Source: Cyanophyceae cyanobacterium (lineage in GTDB: Bacteria > Cyanobacteriota > Cyanobacteriia > Cyanobacteriales > JBHJGN01). Taken from it: a stretch of 64,000 nucleotides of DNA. This document shows positions 7,763 through 19,318 of this stretch, piece after piece. Position numbers and translations under genes: made by a program. The stretch's first letter is position 1; every line of letters begins with the position of its first letter. The notes under the pieces are model-generated. The model did no database searches. It was given only the letters and a program-made list of their open reading frames with translations, and was not told the origin of the DNA. The stretch covers positions 30,684 to 94,683 of the forward strand of contig JBHJGN010000051.1 in the NCBI GenBank assembly GCA_050331735.1. Reading direction: 5' to 3'.

Positions 7763-8659
7763 CTATGAGCAGCGGATTTCTAGATAGCGGTGAAGATACT
7801 CTGTGATAATTCCATGTAACATTAAATCGCGAGCAGCTTGGAAAGGGCTATTTGGAGCTAAAGGATGGCGATTTGTGACGACATGGTTCCAGCTAGGATC
7901 GCCAGTGATTTTACTAACGTAGAGAGCAAAATTTTCATCAAACTGTAGAGATAGCACTGCTCGGGCAAACTCATCGCTCGTTAAACAGAGAGAGTAAAAC
8001 ACTTTAAATAACTCAATTGCTGATTCCAAATCGAGAATTCTCCAGGGGGGACGGTTCTCAAAATCTACATCCACCTCTATCGGCACAATGCTGTCGTAAT
8101 CCAGTCCACGTCGTTTCACTTGTTCGAGGTACTGGGGATTGACCTGTAGCGCCTGATGATAGTCAAAAACAAAGTTATACAGAATGAGGTCATGCTCTAA
8201 AAAAGCCTGTTTCTGACCTAAATCGTCAACTGTGCGGGGATAAAGTCGGGATTTTTCGATTGTTGGGTTAGGACCATTATCTATCAGAAAATTGATGATG
8301 TTAGAGCCAAGACAAATGTGGCGGATAATTAAATAGCAGGCTTCTGGCGAGACAAAGTGCTTGAGAAAAAACGCCGCTGAACGGTGCATCAGAGTATAGG
8401 CATTAAACTGAGGCAGCAAGCGCTTAGCAATCAGGATCAATGCCAACAGAACATTCGCCAGTAGCTTAATTGGGATTAACAGATAGTTGCGAGTCCAACT
8501 CTGCAAGTCCCGAATCATGTAGGCTTTTGCAACTAGGTCAACAGGAATGGACTCATCCAAGTAGAGGACATCCCAGGCATTGGGGTTACGCCGGTTGTAC
8601 GGTTGCGGTGTCCAGGTTGTGGGTTCTTGGGTTGGTGCTTCCCGCTGCTTTTCCTGCAT
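7763..8659 (-). CDS. Uncharacterised partner of DarB-like KS (DUF6999-like)
   Basis: TAATG-coupled to the KS gene; His/Glu motifs (IIRHICLGS, EHDLILYNF, SLQFDE). Family name is from memory. Confidence 0.6.
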   Translation of the reverse strand: MQEKQREAPTQEPTTWTPQPYNRRNPNAWDVLYLDESIPVDLVAKAYMIRDLQSWTRNYLLIPIKLLANVLLALILIAKRLLPQFNAYTLMHRSAAFFLKHFVSPEACYLIIRHICLGSNIINFLIDNGPNPTIEKSRLYPRTVDDLGQKQAFLEHDLILYNFVFDYHQALQVNPQYLEQVKRRGLDYDSIVPIEVDVDFENRPPWRILDLESAIELFKVFYSLCLTSDEFARAVLSLQFDENFALYVSKITGDPSWNHVVTNRHPLAPNSPFQAARDLMLHGIITEYLHRYLEIRCS

Positions 8660-10530
8660 TACTGAATCTCCTCTAGCTGTAACTGGTACAAACGAGCCGT
8701 GACTTTCGCTGTTTTGACAATTTTTTGGGCAATCTCGGCGTTCATCCAGTCTGCGTTAATCATTGTCTCTAATTTGTTGATATGAGACTCATCATTCGCA
8801 CCGTGGTAAGTCAAAAAGGAAACTTGCTCAGGGCGCAACTCTAAAGTTTGTTGAATCAGAGTTGCCCACTGGTAAGCTTGACTGCCCAACCCCTCGATGA
8901 TGAAAATGCTGCCGATGAGGTCAACTGGGTTTTCCTGCGATGCCTGATGGAAGATGAATGCCGAGAGTGCTTCTGAGCCAATATTCTTTTGAGCTGAGAC
9001 AATTTCTGCTAACTCACCTCCAACATCAACATAGTTGCTCTCTAGCATTTGATAATCGCGATGCTCAGAGAGCGCATGACCAATGAAGGTGGAGCGCAAC
9101 TGGAAATCTATCATGTTTGATGCTGCACGAGCAATCCAGCGTGCTCCCTCCACCACTTGGGGGCGGAGATTTCTCAACAACGTTTTATAGTCTTCTAGAG
9201 TAAATTCACCCCGGTGCAGTTTGCGGATAATTGGCACAGAACGAAGCTTGCGCTCAAATTCTAGCCAGACTAACGCCAACTGTTTCAGCAAATCAGCGCT
9301 AACAGACTTGGGTTTGGCTTGAATAGTGTTAAGCGGAAAACGAGCAGAGCCTGATTGCCTACTTTCGTTGTTGAAAGTTGGGGGAGTTTCCCCAGCAGTC
9401 GATGCCTCGACGACACTCAACATCATATAAGCAGTCGTAAAGCGTCCACTTTCTGGCACAAAACAGAAAATTTTTTGCCCTGAAAGTAACTTGCCAGAAT
9501 GAAATAACTCTTCAAGCATTAAATAGATTGAAGCACAGCCTGTATTGCCTCGGCTGTATAGGTTGGTAAACCACTTTTCTTCTGGAATCATGCAGTCGGC
9601 TCCCTCCAACAGCTCAATTATTTTTCCTCGAAAGAAGTGGGAGGAGTAGTGACACAAAAGCCAGTCGATTTCTTCTGGGTTTACTCTCCCCGCTGCAATC
9701 AACTTTAGCCAACCTTCGACTCCTAATTTAATCACATCGTCTAGTCGCCGAATGTTTTGCCGGAGATTCATTGCTCCAGCGGCGGCGGCATGAGCCCAGG
9801 AGGGATAGTCCATCCAGCTTTTTTGACCTGTTTCATCCTCTGTACCCGCATACATACAGAGAGGATAGGCGTTAGCGTGGGAAACCAGTTCAATCCACTC
9901 AACTCTTAAGCTAATGCCATTAGCTCTCGGTTGATTCTGAATTAAGAACGAACCAGCACCATCTGAGAGCATCCAGCGCAGAAACTCTGTATCAAACGAT
10001 AATTTTTCTCCGGTTGCAAAACGAGATTCTGCTTCAAAGTGAGTGTGTTTAAATAGTCGAGAAGCTAATTCGGAAGCAACCGCAACGGCAGCCCGTTTTT
10101 TGTGCAATTTCACTTGAGATACGGCATAGTTCAACGCTGCCACTCCAGCACAACAGACGCCTTGAGTGGAAACAATTTCGAGTGGGGGGAATTCTGGCAA
10201 TTCACCGTGGACCATGCTGGCAAATCCAGGAATTAACACATCAGACCAACTGGTACTACAAGCAAGCAAATCAACGGCGGACGGTTCTAAATTCACTGTT
10301 GATAGCGCATCGCGGACGGCTTCTGCTGCCATTTGGCTATTGAGATAAAGGGTGTTTTGCTGTTGGTCAAGGGCGTAGTAGCGCTGTTGAATGCCATTGC
10401 TTTTGAGGATGCGATGTCTAACTTTTGAAGCGCATCCACCAATTTTGCCTAGGTAATCTTCCATCTGCTCGTTACCGATTGGTTCACCGGGCAGAAATTT
10501 ACCAATACTGTTTATGTAAGCGCTTTCCAT
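8659..10530 (-). CDS. StlD/DarB-like ketosynthase (KAS III fold) fused to heme-oxygenase-like diiron domain
   Basis: Cys-His-Asn triad (GVCCAG, CHYSS, GNTG); FLRWMLSDGAG and VPESGRF; C-terminal QVVEG, HALSEH, IIEGLG, YHGANDESH. Confidence 0.85.
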   Translation of the reverse strand: MESAYINSIGKFLPGEPIGNEQMEDYLGKIGGCASKVRHRILKSNGIQQRYYALDQQQNTLYLNSQMAAEAVRDALSTVNLEPSAVDLLACSTSWSDVLIPGFASMVHGELPEFPPLEIVSTQGVCCAGVAALNYAVSQVKLHKKRAAVAVASELASRLFKHTHFEAESRFATGEKLSFDTEFLRWMLSDGAGSFLIQNQPRANGISLRVEWIELVSHANAYPLCMYAGTEDETGQKSWMDYPSWAHAAAAGAMNLRQNIRRLDDVIKLGVEGWLKLIAAGRVNPEEIDWLLCHYSSHFFRGKIIELLEGADCMIPEEKWFTNLYSRGNTGCASIYLMLEELFHSGKLLSGQKIFCFVPESGRFTTAYMMLSVVEASTAGETPPTFNNESRQSGSARFPLNTIQAKPKSVSADLLKQLALVWLEFERKLRSVPIIRKLHRGEFTLEDYKTLLRNLRPQVVEGARWIARAASNMIDFQLRSTFIGHALSEHRDYQMLESNYVDVGGELAEIVSAQKNIGSEALSAFIFHQASQENPVDLIGSIFIIEGLGSQAYQWATLIQQTLELRPEQVSFLTYHGANDESHINKLETMINADWMNAEIAQKIVKTAKVTARLYQLQLEEIQ

Positions 10531-10896
10531 AGATAATTTACTGAGGAGAAAATTCAAGTTACATAATTTTTATTATTAGTGAGCTGACTTACTCTTGAGA
10601 GTTTAGGTAGGACAATATCTTAATTGGCAATTAGAACAGCCCTGCTTTCTGCCTGAGTTTTACTCAGGCAGAACAGTTGGCATAACCAGTAACTGTATTC
10701 GCGGCTGCCTGCGGCTCATGGTGTGGTAGTGCTGGGGCTACTGCCGTTAGCAACAGCCCGACTGGCTCACACCCTACCCCTAGAGCCTGAGACTATTTAT
10801 TAGTTGCTTTCCCCTGGTTTAATCTAGATTAATACTACTGATTCAGCAATACTGAAAAGACCTTTTTCATTTTTAACTCACCAAGGAATCGCCCCT

Positions 10897-11331
10897 GTGA
10901 AACACATTTTGATCGGCTTTAAATCAGTCGTTAATCAGTTAATCCGACAGCGAGGCGCGACTGGCGTGGTTCTCCTCGTGGGGTTGCTTCTAGCTTCACT
11001 CCATCTTCCCCAACCAAACCCAGTGATGCTGGCGCAGGAACCGCCACCCAAGCTAGGCGCGGCTGAAATAGAACGGCAGCTCCAGACACTCCCGAATTGG
11101 ACGATCGCAAACCACCAGCTTCGCCGTACCTACCAGTTTCAAGATTTTGTTGAGGCGATGGCGTTTGTTAATCGTTTAGTCGAGCCTGCCGAAAGCGCCG
11201 GACATCATCCTGATATTACGATTTCCTACAACCGGGTAGCGATTAGCCTCACAACTCACGATGTTGGCGGCATTACGCAAAAAGATTTTGACTTGGCTCA
11301 GGTGATTGCTCGCGTCGCAGAACAGCTTTAA
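10897..11331 (+). CDS. Pterin-4-alpha-carbinolamine dehydratase-family protein with N-terminal hydrophobic extension
   Basis: AESAGHHPDI...LTTHDVGGITQKDFDLA. Confidence 0.85.
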   Translation: MKHILIGFKSVVNQLIRQRGATGVVLLVGLLLASLHLPQPNPVMLAQEPPPKLGAAEIERQLQTLPNWTIANHQLRRTYQFQDFVEAMAFVNRLVEPAESAGHHPDITISYNRVAISLTTHDVGGITQKDFDLAQVIARVAEQL

Positions 11332-11336
11332 TATTT

Positions 11337-11374
11337 GTCACACAAACTTCATACGGCTGTCATCGAAAAGCCAT
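11337..11374 (+). promoter_or_regulatory. Four 11-bp-spaced pentamers (OmpR-type response regulator box)
   Basis: GTCAC-N6-TTCAT-N6-GTCAT-N6-GCCAT upstream of the HtrA gene. Confidence 0.55.
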
Positions 11375-11483
11375 ATCTCCTCCATATATTAAAAAGTGTC
11401 AGCTCAAACAGATTTGAATCGATGCTCCTTCAGGCTTGAGCTGACTTTTCTACTCTTCTTAACCTGTCTAGCGTTCGTCGAAT

Positions 11484-12722
11484 TTGATAAGAAGCTATTT
11501 TAAAGACATGAAACCATTCTCTTCAGAAAAAAATTTCTCCTCGTCTTCAACCTCCTCTCAGATGCCCTGGCGGAAGGCTGCTACCACCGCTTCTTTGGTA
11601 GCGATAGGGGCGGGAATGGCCTTGGGAGGGAACTATTTGGTCAATGCTCCTCTGGAAGCACAGACAGTCGAGCCAGATGCTGAAGTACAGCCCGCTCGTC
11701 CGGCACTCAATACTGTTACGCCGACTAATTTCGTTTCAGAGGTCGTCGAACAGGTCGGTCCGGCGGTAGTGCGGATTAACGCGTCTCGCACAGTGAGTAC
11801 CCGCCGCCCGGAAGTGTTTAACGATCCGTTCTTTCGGCGGTTCTTTGGGTCTCAAATTCCCGACATGCCTGATACTCAGATGCAGCGAGGCACGGGCTCT
11901 GGATTTATCGTCAGCGAGGACGGCCAGATCTTAACCAATGCCCACGTTGTTGATGGAGCCGACCGCGTAACGGTAACGTTAAAAGATGGTCGGACTCTAG
12001 AGGGAGAGGTGATGGGAACCGATCCGGTGACGGATGTTGCGGTGATTAAGGTAGAGGCAGTCAGTCTCCCCACCGTCAGCATTGGTAATTCTGAGCAACT
12101 GCGTCCGGGAGAATGGGCGATCGCCATTGGCAACCCTCTCGGACTGGATAATACCGTCACTACCGGCATCATTAGCGGGACAGGACGGACCAGTTCCCAG
12201 GTGGGCGTTCCCGATAAACGAGTCGATTTCATTCAAACCGATGCCGCCATTAATCCCGGCAACTCTGGCGGTCCGTTGCTAAATGCTCAAGGTGAGGTCA
12301 TCGGCATCAATACCGCGATCATTCGCAATGCTCAAGGACTTGGATTTGCCATTCCCATCGATCGTGCCCAGGAAATTGCCGATCAGCTTATTGCTAACGG
12401 AAGAGTCGATCACCCCTACCTTGGCGTTCAGATGGCGATGCTGACTCCAGAGGTCAAGGAACAGTTAAGCAGCCAAGGATTAACTATCGCAGCCGATGAA
12501 GGAGTGCTGATTGTGGATGTTGTGCCTAATTCTCCTGCCGCGCGAGCCGGATTAGAGGCAGGAGATGTCATTAGAACCATCGATGGCAGTACCGTCACCA
12601 GTCCAACTGATGTTCAGCAGGCAGTTGCTGAGGTTGCCGTGGGAGAGAATTTACCGCTAGAGCTACAGCGAGAGCGGAGAGTGGTGAACCGATCTGTCCG
12701 GGTTGGTGTCTTGCCGTCCTAG
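11484..12722 (+). CDS. HtrA/HhoA-family serine protease with PDZ domain
   Basis: LTNAHVV, TDVAV, GNSGGPL; C-terminal PDZ. True start is probably ATG 11508. Confidence 0.95.
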   Translation: MIRSYFKDMKPFSSEKNFSSSSTSSQMPWRKAATTASLVAIGAGMALGGNYLVNAPLEAQTVEPDAEVQPARPALNTVTPTNFVSEVVEQVGPAVVRINASRTVSTRRPEVFNDPFFRRFFGSQIPDMPDTQMQRGTGSGFIVSEDGQILTNAHVVDGADRVTVTLKDGRTLEGEVMGTDPVTDVAVIKVEAVSLPTVSIGNSEQLRPGEWAIAIGNPLGLDNTVTTGIISGTGRTSSQVGVPDKRVDFIQTDAAINPGNSGGPLLNAQGEVIGINTAIIRNAQGLGFAIPIDRAQEIADQLIANGRVDHPYLGVQMAMLTPEVKEQLSSQGLTIAADEGVLIVDVVPNSPAARAGLEAGDVIRTIDGSTVTSPTDVQQAVAEVAVGENLPLELQRERRVVNRSVRVGVLPS

Positions 12723-12763
12723 GCTTCAAGTTTTCTCAAGTTTGACTGTTAGTATTGGCTAGT

Positions 12764-12792
12764 TGCCCTCGGTTAACCGAGGGCATTTTTTT
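12764..12792 (+). terminator. Intrinsic terminator
   Basis: TGCCCTCGGTTAACCGAGGGCA palindrome followed by T7. Confidence 0.85.
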
Positions 12793-12879
12793 AGCGACTG
12801 ACTCAATCAAAGGGTAATGTCAAACTCTATTGATCTCTCGATTTTCGCAGTGATTTATTAATTCTGAACTCCAAATTTT

Positions 12880-13287
12880 CTAGTCTCCAATCGCTTCCCG
12901 CACTTTACCAACAATTTCTTCTAATGGACTAGTTTCGGGAACTTTTTGTCCCTCAGCGCCAGTAACTCTCTTGTAGGGAGCTGGCATATTTTCGGGATTG
13001 TTTCCCTCCTGGACTTCTTCTTGAAAAAACTCCTCTTCCATGCCCACGCCTTCGCGCAAATCGTAGGCGCGATCAATTTTTTCTTCAGGAGTGAGAGGCT
13101 TATAGGAAGAGGTTCGCGGCGTTAACGGTCGTTCGGGACCAGGATTTTCTGGCTGAGTATACAACGCTGAGGCGGCAAAACTGGGCTGCTGAAGACCCAT
13201 CAGGCAGGATAGCATGAGACATGAAGCGAGAGCGATCGCCAAAATGCGGCGGCGAAGCTTGTTTAAAGTGGGTAGGAACATCATCAA
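12880..13287 (-). CDS. Exported hypothetical protein
   Basis: Signal peptide (RRRILAIALAS...SFA) and an acidic mature part; GGAG RBS. Confidence 0.7.
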   Translation of the reverse strand: MMMFLPTLNKLRRRILAIALASCLMLSCLMGLQQPSFAASALYTQPENPGPERPLTPRTSSYKPLTPEEKIDRAYDLREGVGMEEEFFQEEVQEGNNPENMPAPYKRVTGAEGQKVPETSPLEEIVGKVREAIGD

Positions 13288-13471
13288 AACGTCTCCTTGT
13301 CAATAAGGTATTGGTGGGCAAACACCTGAGTGAGGTGCTGCTTGCCAGAGTGCATTTTATGGAGCTGAGGAAGTTTCCGTCTTCTGCCAGAGGATACATT
13401 TTTCGGTCGCTGGCTTCTTGGCGGTATTTGCTGACTTTGGTCTTTCGAGACTGCTTTTAATTGTGTGCACT

Positions 13472-16400
13472 TCAGCCTTGAACTGCTGTTCGCCCGTAGC
13501 CGCCGCCGCCGGGAGTTTCAATCACAAACTCGTCTCCTGGCTGCATGGCTACCGTTGCGGTGCTGGCTAACTTTTCGACGCTGCCATCTTTCCTCGCCAC
13601 CCAATTTTTTCCCACCGCCCCGGCTGTGCCTCCCTGCAACCCAAAAGGAGGCACGACGCGACGACTCGATAAAATCGCTGCGGTCATCGCTTCGCGAAAG
13701 CGAATGCGCCGCACAACGCCATTGCCTCCGCGCTGCTTGCCGTTGCCCCCACTGCCGGGACGAATGCCAAAGCTTTCTACCACAACAGGATAACGCCATT
13801 CCAAGACTTCTGGATCGGTCAGACGCGAATTCGTCATGTGAGTCTGTACGGCATCGGTGCCGTTAAAGTCGGGTCCGGCTCCAGATCCCCCACAAATCGT
13901 TTCGTAATACTGATATTTCTCATTGCCGAAAGTAAAGTTATTCATAGTTCCCTGAGAGGCAGCCAGCGCCTGTAGTGCTCCGTAGAGGCAGTCGGTGATG
14001 TTTTGAGAGGTTTCGACGTTTCCCGCCACCACCGCCGCCGGGTACTGGGGGTTGAGCAGACAGCCTTCGGGGAGGACGATTTCTAGGGGTTTGAGACAGC
14101 CTTCATTGAGGGGAATATTGTCTGCCACTAGAGTCCGAAAAACGTACAGCACCGCTGCCTGACAGACGGCGGCGGGAGCATTAAAATTATTGGCCTGTTG
14201 GGGAGAGGTTCCGGTAAAGTCGATGGTGGCGCGGCGATCGCCTCGATGAATCCGCACGGCGACCTGAATCTGCGCTCCTGTATCCAGTTTGACGGTAAAG
14301 CATCCGTCAGTGAGTACATCGATCACGCGCCTAACGCATTCTTCAGCGTTATCTTGTACAAACCCCATATAGGTCTGCACTGTTTCTAAACCGAACTCCG
14401 ACACCATCCGGCGCAACTCCTGTACGCCTTTTTCGTTCGCAGCGATCTGCGCCCGCAAATCTGCTAAATTCTGTTGCGGGTTCCGAACTGGATAGCGAGC
14501 GCCACACAGCACCTCCAGCAACTCCTGTTCGCGAAAGTGTCCGGCTGTCACAATCTGAAAATTGTCTAGCAAGATTCCCTCTTCCTCCACCGAGGTGCTG
14601 GTGGGAGGCATCGAACCAGGAGTGATGCCGCCAATATCGGCATGGTGTCCCCGCGAGGCGGTATAAAAGATCAGTCCGGCTTCGTTAAACACGGGCGTAA
14701 TTGCCGTGATGTCGGGTAAGTGTGTCCCGCCGTTGTAGGGATTATTGAGGAGATAAACATCCCCTGGCTTGAGATCGTCCCCCTGAGCTTCAATCAGAGA
14801 GCGAACGCTGCGGCTCATTGACCCTAAATGGACCGGAATATGAGGCGCATTAGCAACTAATTGCCCTTTTTGGTCAAAAATAGCGCAGGAAAAATCTAGC
14901 CGCTCTTTGATGTTTACCGAGTAGCTGGTATTCTGGAGCGTGGTTCCCATCTGTTCAGCAACGGAACGAAACAGGTTGTTGAAAATTTCCAGCATCACCG
15001 GATCGGGGGCATCGGCTGGTTGCTGAGTTGGGCTTTGAAACTGAGAGCTGTTGGCGTTGATTTTGTTAAAAACGAGATGGTTGCGTTCTGTAATGCGAGC
15101 TTGCCATCCGGGCTCAACGACGTTTGTTCCGGTCGTTTCGATAATTAAGGCAGGACTGGCAATCACGTCCCCTGGCTGCAAGTCTTCTCGCTTGAATACG
15201 GGAGTGTCGTGCCAAGCATTTGCTGCATACATAGATACCGTAGCGGCGGGACGAGGCGAGGCTTCTGTCTGTCGGGTAACGAACGGTTCTTCGGGAGTAT
15301 GGGTGGCACAAATTAACTCTACAGAAACCGTATCGACAACCAGTGCTTTATCTGTAACGAAGCCGTAGCGCTGCTGGTGCAGTTCGGCAAACTGCTGTTT
15401 CATAGAGTCAAGAGCGGCATAGTTAACAATCAGAGGCGAATCGGTGCCGGCGTATTTCAAATGGACTCGGCGAACGATCTGCGCGTCGTTTCCGGCGTTT
15501 TGGCGGTCTAATTCGGCTTCTCCTTGACCTACCAGGGCCGATAGCTGCTGTTCTAGCTGGGGCAAGAGCGGCTCGGTTAAGTTGGCTTCTACAGTCTGTT
15601 CCCGCAGTACGCGAACATCGGCGAGACCAATGCCGTAAGCAGAAAGCACTCCGGCGTAGGGGTGAATCAGAATTTGCCCGATATCTAAAGCATCGGCAAT
15701 CAGGCAGGCATGCTGTCCCCCCGCACCGCCGAAGCAGCAGAGGGTGTACTGAGAAACATCGTAGCCACGCTGGAGCGAGATTTTCTTGATGGCGTTTGCC
15801 ATCTTTTCAACGGCGATCGCCAAAAATCCCGTCGCTACCTCCTCGGGTCGTTCGGACTGAAACTGGCTAAATTTCTTCTGGACTACGGCAATATCGAGAG
15901 GCGCCTTGGCATCGGGACCAAACACCTGGGGAAAAAACTTCGGCTGAAGCTTCCCCACCATCACGTTACAGTCGGTAATGGTCAGGGGTCCGCCTCTCCC
16001 GTAGCAGGCTGGACCGGGATTGGCTCCCGCCGATTCTGGACCGACGCGATAGCGAGACCCGTCGAAGCGTACTACCGAACCTCCTCCCGCCGCCACTGTA
16101 TGAATCGACATCATCGGCGTACGCAGTCGCGCCCCGGCGATTTCGGTTTCAAAGCGGCGTTCGTACTCGCCGCTGTAGTGAGCCACATCCGTTGAGGTGC
16201 CGCCCATATCGAAGCTGATAATCTTGTCAAAGCCAGCAATATGACTCGTTTTGACCGCTCCTACAATCCCCCCAGCCGGACCGGAGAGAATACTGTCTTT
16301 GCCGTGAAACACTCCGGCATCTGCCAGTCCTCCGTTAGACTGCATAAACATCAGTCGGGGTAACAAGTCTGCCTCGGTTCTGCCGCCCCGCAACTGGTCT

Positions 16401-17092
16401 GTTACCTGGTTCACGTAGCGCTCTAAAATCGGCGACAGGTAGGCATCGACAACGGTAGTATCCCCGCGACTGACTAGCTTAATCAGAGGACTGACGCGAT
16501 GGGAAATAGAGACCTGGGTAAAGCCGATTTCCTGAGCTATTTCAGCAACCGTTTGTTCGTGTTCGGGGTAGCGGTAGCCATGCATGAAGACGATGGCACA
16601 GCTACGAATCCCCGTATCGTAGACGGCCTGAAGGTCGTGCCTAACCTGGGTCGCGTCAACGGGGCTTAATTCATTACCCTGAGCGTCAAACCGCGCGGCC
16701 ACTTCCACCACTCGTTCATAGATCACCTCGGGCAGCACGATCTGACGAGCAAAAATATCGGGGCGGTTTTGAGCGCCGATCCGCAGCGCATCGCGAAATC
16801 CTTGGGTGATGATGAGAGCTGTGCGATCGCCTTTTCTTTCCAACAGAGCGTTGGTCGCCACCGTCGTCCCCATCTTGATCGCGTCAATTTGGTCCGAGGG
16901 AATCAGCTCATCGGCTCCAAGGCCCATCACCTCGCGGATTCCCTGAACAGGAGCATCCTGATATTGTTCCGGGTTCTCCGAGAGCAGCTTGTGAATCACA
17001 ATTTCTCCGTTAGGACGCTGGGCAACGATATCGGTAAAGGTTCCTCCCCGGTCGATCCAAAATTGCCAGCGGCGATGGGCAGTTGTGCTCAT
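13472..17092 (-). CDS. oplA: 5-oxoprolinase (fused hydantoinase A/B)
   Basis: [48 protein letters not shown]. Confidence 0.93.
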   Translation of the reverse strand: MSTTAHRRWQFWIDRGGTFTDIVAQRPNGEIVIHKLLSENPEQYQDAPVQGIREVMGLGADELIPSDQIDAIKMGTTVATNALLERKGDRTALIITQGFRDALRIGAQNRPDIFARQIVLPEVIYERVVEVAARFDAQGNELSPVDATQVRHDLQAVYDTGIRSCAIVFMHGYRYPEHEQTVAEIAQEIGFTQVSISHRVSPLIKLVSRGDTTVVDAYLSPILERYVNQVTDQLRGGRTEADLLPRLMFMQSNGGLADAGVFHGKDSILSGPAGGIVGAVKTSHIAGFDKIISFDMGGTSTDVAHYSGEYERRFETEIAGARLRTPMMSIHTVAAGGGSVVRFDGSRYRVGPESAGANPGPACYGRGGPLTITDCNVMVGKLQPKFFPQVFGPDAKAPLDIAVVQKKFSQFQSERPEEVATGFLAIAVEKMANAIKKISLQRGYDVSQYTLCCFGGAGGQHACLIADALDIGQILIHPYAGVLSAYGIGLADVRVLREQTVEANLTEPLLPQLEQQLSALVGQGEAELDRQNAGNDAQIVRRVHLKYAGTDSPLIVNYAALDSMKQQFAELHQQRYGFVTDKALVVDTVSVELICATHTPEEPFVTRQTEASPRPAATVSMYAANAWHDTPVFKREDLQPGDVIASPALIIETTGTNVVEPGWQARITERNHLVFNKINANSSQFQSPTQQPADAPDPVMLEIFNNLFRSVAEQMGTTLQNTSYSVNIKERLDFSCAIFDQKGQLVANAPHIPVHLGSMSRSVRSLIEAQGDDLKPGDVYLLNNPYNGGTHLPDITAITPVFNEAGLIFYTASRGHHADIGGITPGSMPPTSTSVEEEGILLDNFQIVTAGHFREQELLEVLCGARYPVRNPQQNLADLRAQIAANEKGVQELRRMVSEFGLETVQTYMGFVQDNAEECVRRVIDVLTDGCFTVKLDTGAQIQVAVRIHRGDRRATIDFTGTSPQQANNFNAPAAVCQAAVLYVFRTLVADNIPLNEGCLKPLEIVLPEGCLLNPQYPAAVVAGNVETSQNITDCLYGALQALAASQGTMNNFTFGNEKYQYYETICGGSGAGPDFNGTDAVQTHMTNSRLTDPEVLEWRYPVVVESFGIRPGSGGNGKQRGGNGVVRRIRFREAMTAAILSSRRVVPPFGLQGGTAGAVGKNWVARKDGSVEKLASTATVAMQPGDEFVIETPGGGGYGRTAVQG

Positions 17093-17289
17093 GGAATAAG
17101 ATTAGCTTTAGACAGTAAAACTTCTGTAGTCAGCAGTAGCGCTAACCATTATTCTACCGAGCGACGTTTTCAAAACGGTAAACAGCAAACAGTATGGGAT
17201 TTCTCCGATGAGTGCGCTAGTCACTTATCGGAGCAATTGCTATCTGACTCGTCTCAACAGAGAAGAATTACAGCAGACTAGTTCGCAGA

Positions 17290-17643
17290 TTAACCAACAG
17301 GAGTAACCGGAGTCATCAAAGTAATGATGCTGGAGGCTAAGTTCAACACCCTTGCAATGGTCCCTAGAGCCTGCCGCAGGCTTTCGACGGCCATCAGAAA
17401 CTCATCAGCTTCATCAATTGCTTCTCCCAACTGTGCTAATGGCTCTGTTATTCGGTCGATGGCGTCATGCGTAATCAGAGCACTCAACGATACCGAGACC
17501 CCCCTCAGCGCGTTCTCCCGAGTATTCAGCGTTCGTCTCTGATTCACTGTCAACTGTGTCCCGAATCTGACTCGAAAGTTTTGGACGTCATCTGCTAGCT
17601 CCATCAGAGCATTTGGAATTTGGAAAGGATCAATATTAGTCAT
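17290..17643 (-). CDS. Small all-helical hypothetical protein
   Basis: TAATG-coupled to the lipoprotein gene; amphipathic helices. Confidence 0.7.
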   Translation of the reverse strand: MTNIDPFQIPNALMELADDVQNFRVRFGTQLTVNQRRTLNTRENALRGVSVSLSALITHDAIDRITEPLAQLGEAIDEADEFLMAVESLRQALGTIARVLNLASSIITLMTPVTPVG

Positions 17644-18773
17644 TACTGTATTTCCTTGTTATTTAACGCTTTGGATTTGTCAATGAAATTTTTAAGTGCA
17701 GCCGAATTTTCGTCTACAATACTCTGCACCTGTTGTTCAGTCGGAGTTTCTCCATTGGTGAAGATCTCAAACAAAAGTGTATGTCCGCCTGATAGGGAAT
17801 CTAATACCCCGATGTAAGCCTGGGCTAGTTCCCGTCGTGATTGAATGAGTTCTTTCTTTTCATTCCAGGAGTTATCGAGGCTGATCAAATGATTGGTCAC
17901 AGAAATGACGTCAGAGCCAGACCTAAATGTATCGCTGGTTTCTAGAGCCGTAATATATTCTTGATAAGTTTGGTCAAGTGCAGCTTCTTCGGCTCTCAGC
18001 AGGCTTTTAATGTAGAAGTTATCAACAATCAGTTCTAAACTGTCTAGAACCTCTTGAAAATCAGCATTTGAACCGACAATCATTGTTTCGAGAACTTCTC
18101 GGCGCTCCCCTTCCATAAAGAGTTCAGTCACAAATCCGAAGATGTTGACTACCGCATCGACTTTTCCGGTGAGCTGTTCTGGAGAAATAACGGCTGGAGG
18201 AGTATTAGGAACAGATGGCTGCTGAGTAGCCAGAAATAAACCGCGAGCACTGCTAGCAACGTTATTTGCACTGGCCCCAAGCGTATCGAATTCAGCGTCT
18301 AGATTAGTTAAATTAGGATCGGCAACCAGGCCAAGTTTTTCGACGTAACTAACAACGACACCATTAATGCGCGTAAAGTGAGGACCAATTTCTTGTAAAT
18401 CAGGAAGCTCTTGTTCTGGATGCTTACCGTCACAAAAGCGCTTTTTGAGTTCTATTCGTTGAGCCAGGGGCTCTTCTGAAATAACAGTACTACCTGGATT
18501 GTTGACTTCACCTAAATCACTAGAAATAGCAATCGTTGGTTCTTCACTAGATGGAAGCGGACTAACAGGGACATATTGAACTCGGCGGAGGCAAGAGCGA
18601 TAGAAATCTCCAGCAATTGCCGGAAAGCGCTCTTTAGCCTGATTAGACAGCGTAGAAAATTCTCGGATTTTTGCCAAGTCTGCTGCGCTAGTACAGCTTG
18701 TGAGAGCTAGAACACCAGACAAAAGCAATAGTTTTTTGAAAAATGGTTTACAAGACTCAAAAACATTGTTCAT
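17643..18773 (-). CDS. Helical lipoprotein of unknown function
   Basis: Lipobox LALTSC after a basic/hydrophobic leader; long helical segments. Confidence 0.75.
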   Translation of the reverse strand: MNNVFESCKPFFKKLLLLSGVLALTSCTSAADLAKIREFSTLSNQAKERFPAIAGDFYRSCLRRVQYVPVSPLPSSEEPTIAISSDLGEVNNPGSTVISEEPLAQRIELKKRFCDGKHPEQELPDLQEIGPHFTRINGVVVSYVEKLGLVADPNLTNLDAEFDTLGASANNVASSARGLFLATQQPSVPNTPPAVISPEQLTGKVDAVVNIFGFVTELFMEGERREVLETMIVGSNADFQEVLDSLELIVDNFYIKSLLRAEEAALDQTYQEYITALETSDTFRSGSDVISVTNHLISLDNSWNEKKELIQSRRELAQAYIGVLDSLSGGHTLLFEIFTNGETPTEQQVQSIVDENSAALKNFIDKSKALNNKEIQ

Positions 18774-19318
18774 GCGAATTTTGGAGCTTTTCCTCTTCTA
18801 TGTAATTTTTGTTAGGATTAGCAAAACATTTTTGTTTTTTACAGTCAACAAACATTAGTGCGCGGGTTTGTAAAGTTTCTGGCTATAGAAAGTATGGGAA
18901 TGGCAAATTCAAAACCTGCAATAAATATGGTCGATTTAATGGTCTTCATGGTACTTAAATAACTTTGAGAAACGAAGCTTCAAGCTTCTAAATATCACTC
19001 GGATCCATGCTTTCTCTTTTATGCAAGGTGTTTGGTTTCTTAACAATCTTTGGTATTTTTGGGTTTGCAGAGATACCTTGCCTCCTCAGCATCCTCTTTG
19101 CCTTTCTGCATTCTTCAAACTCTCAACCAGTTATTTTTTGATGACTAGATGACTCTCCGATCAGCTCAAGAAAATTTTGCAACACTGGCGTAGTTTGTCA
19201 ACTTTTGGACTGAGTAGTAGATGACCGACTCCAAGTTTTATCTTTTAAAGGAATTTGTTCACGAGAATCACTTTGTCAAGCACGAACGCATAGACACGAC
19301 ATTTCGAGCAATAACATT

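Noticed and set aside
13465..17281. Several + strand ORFs antisense to oxoprolinase (and similar shadow ORFs elsewhere)
   Set aside because: Shadow frames of long genes with no motifs.
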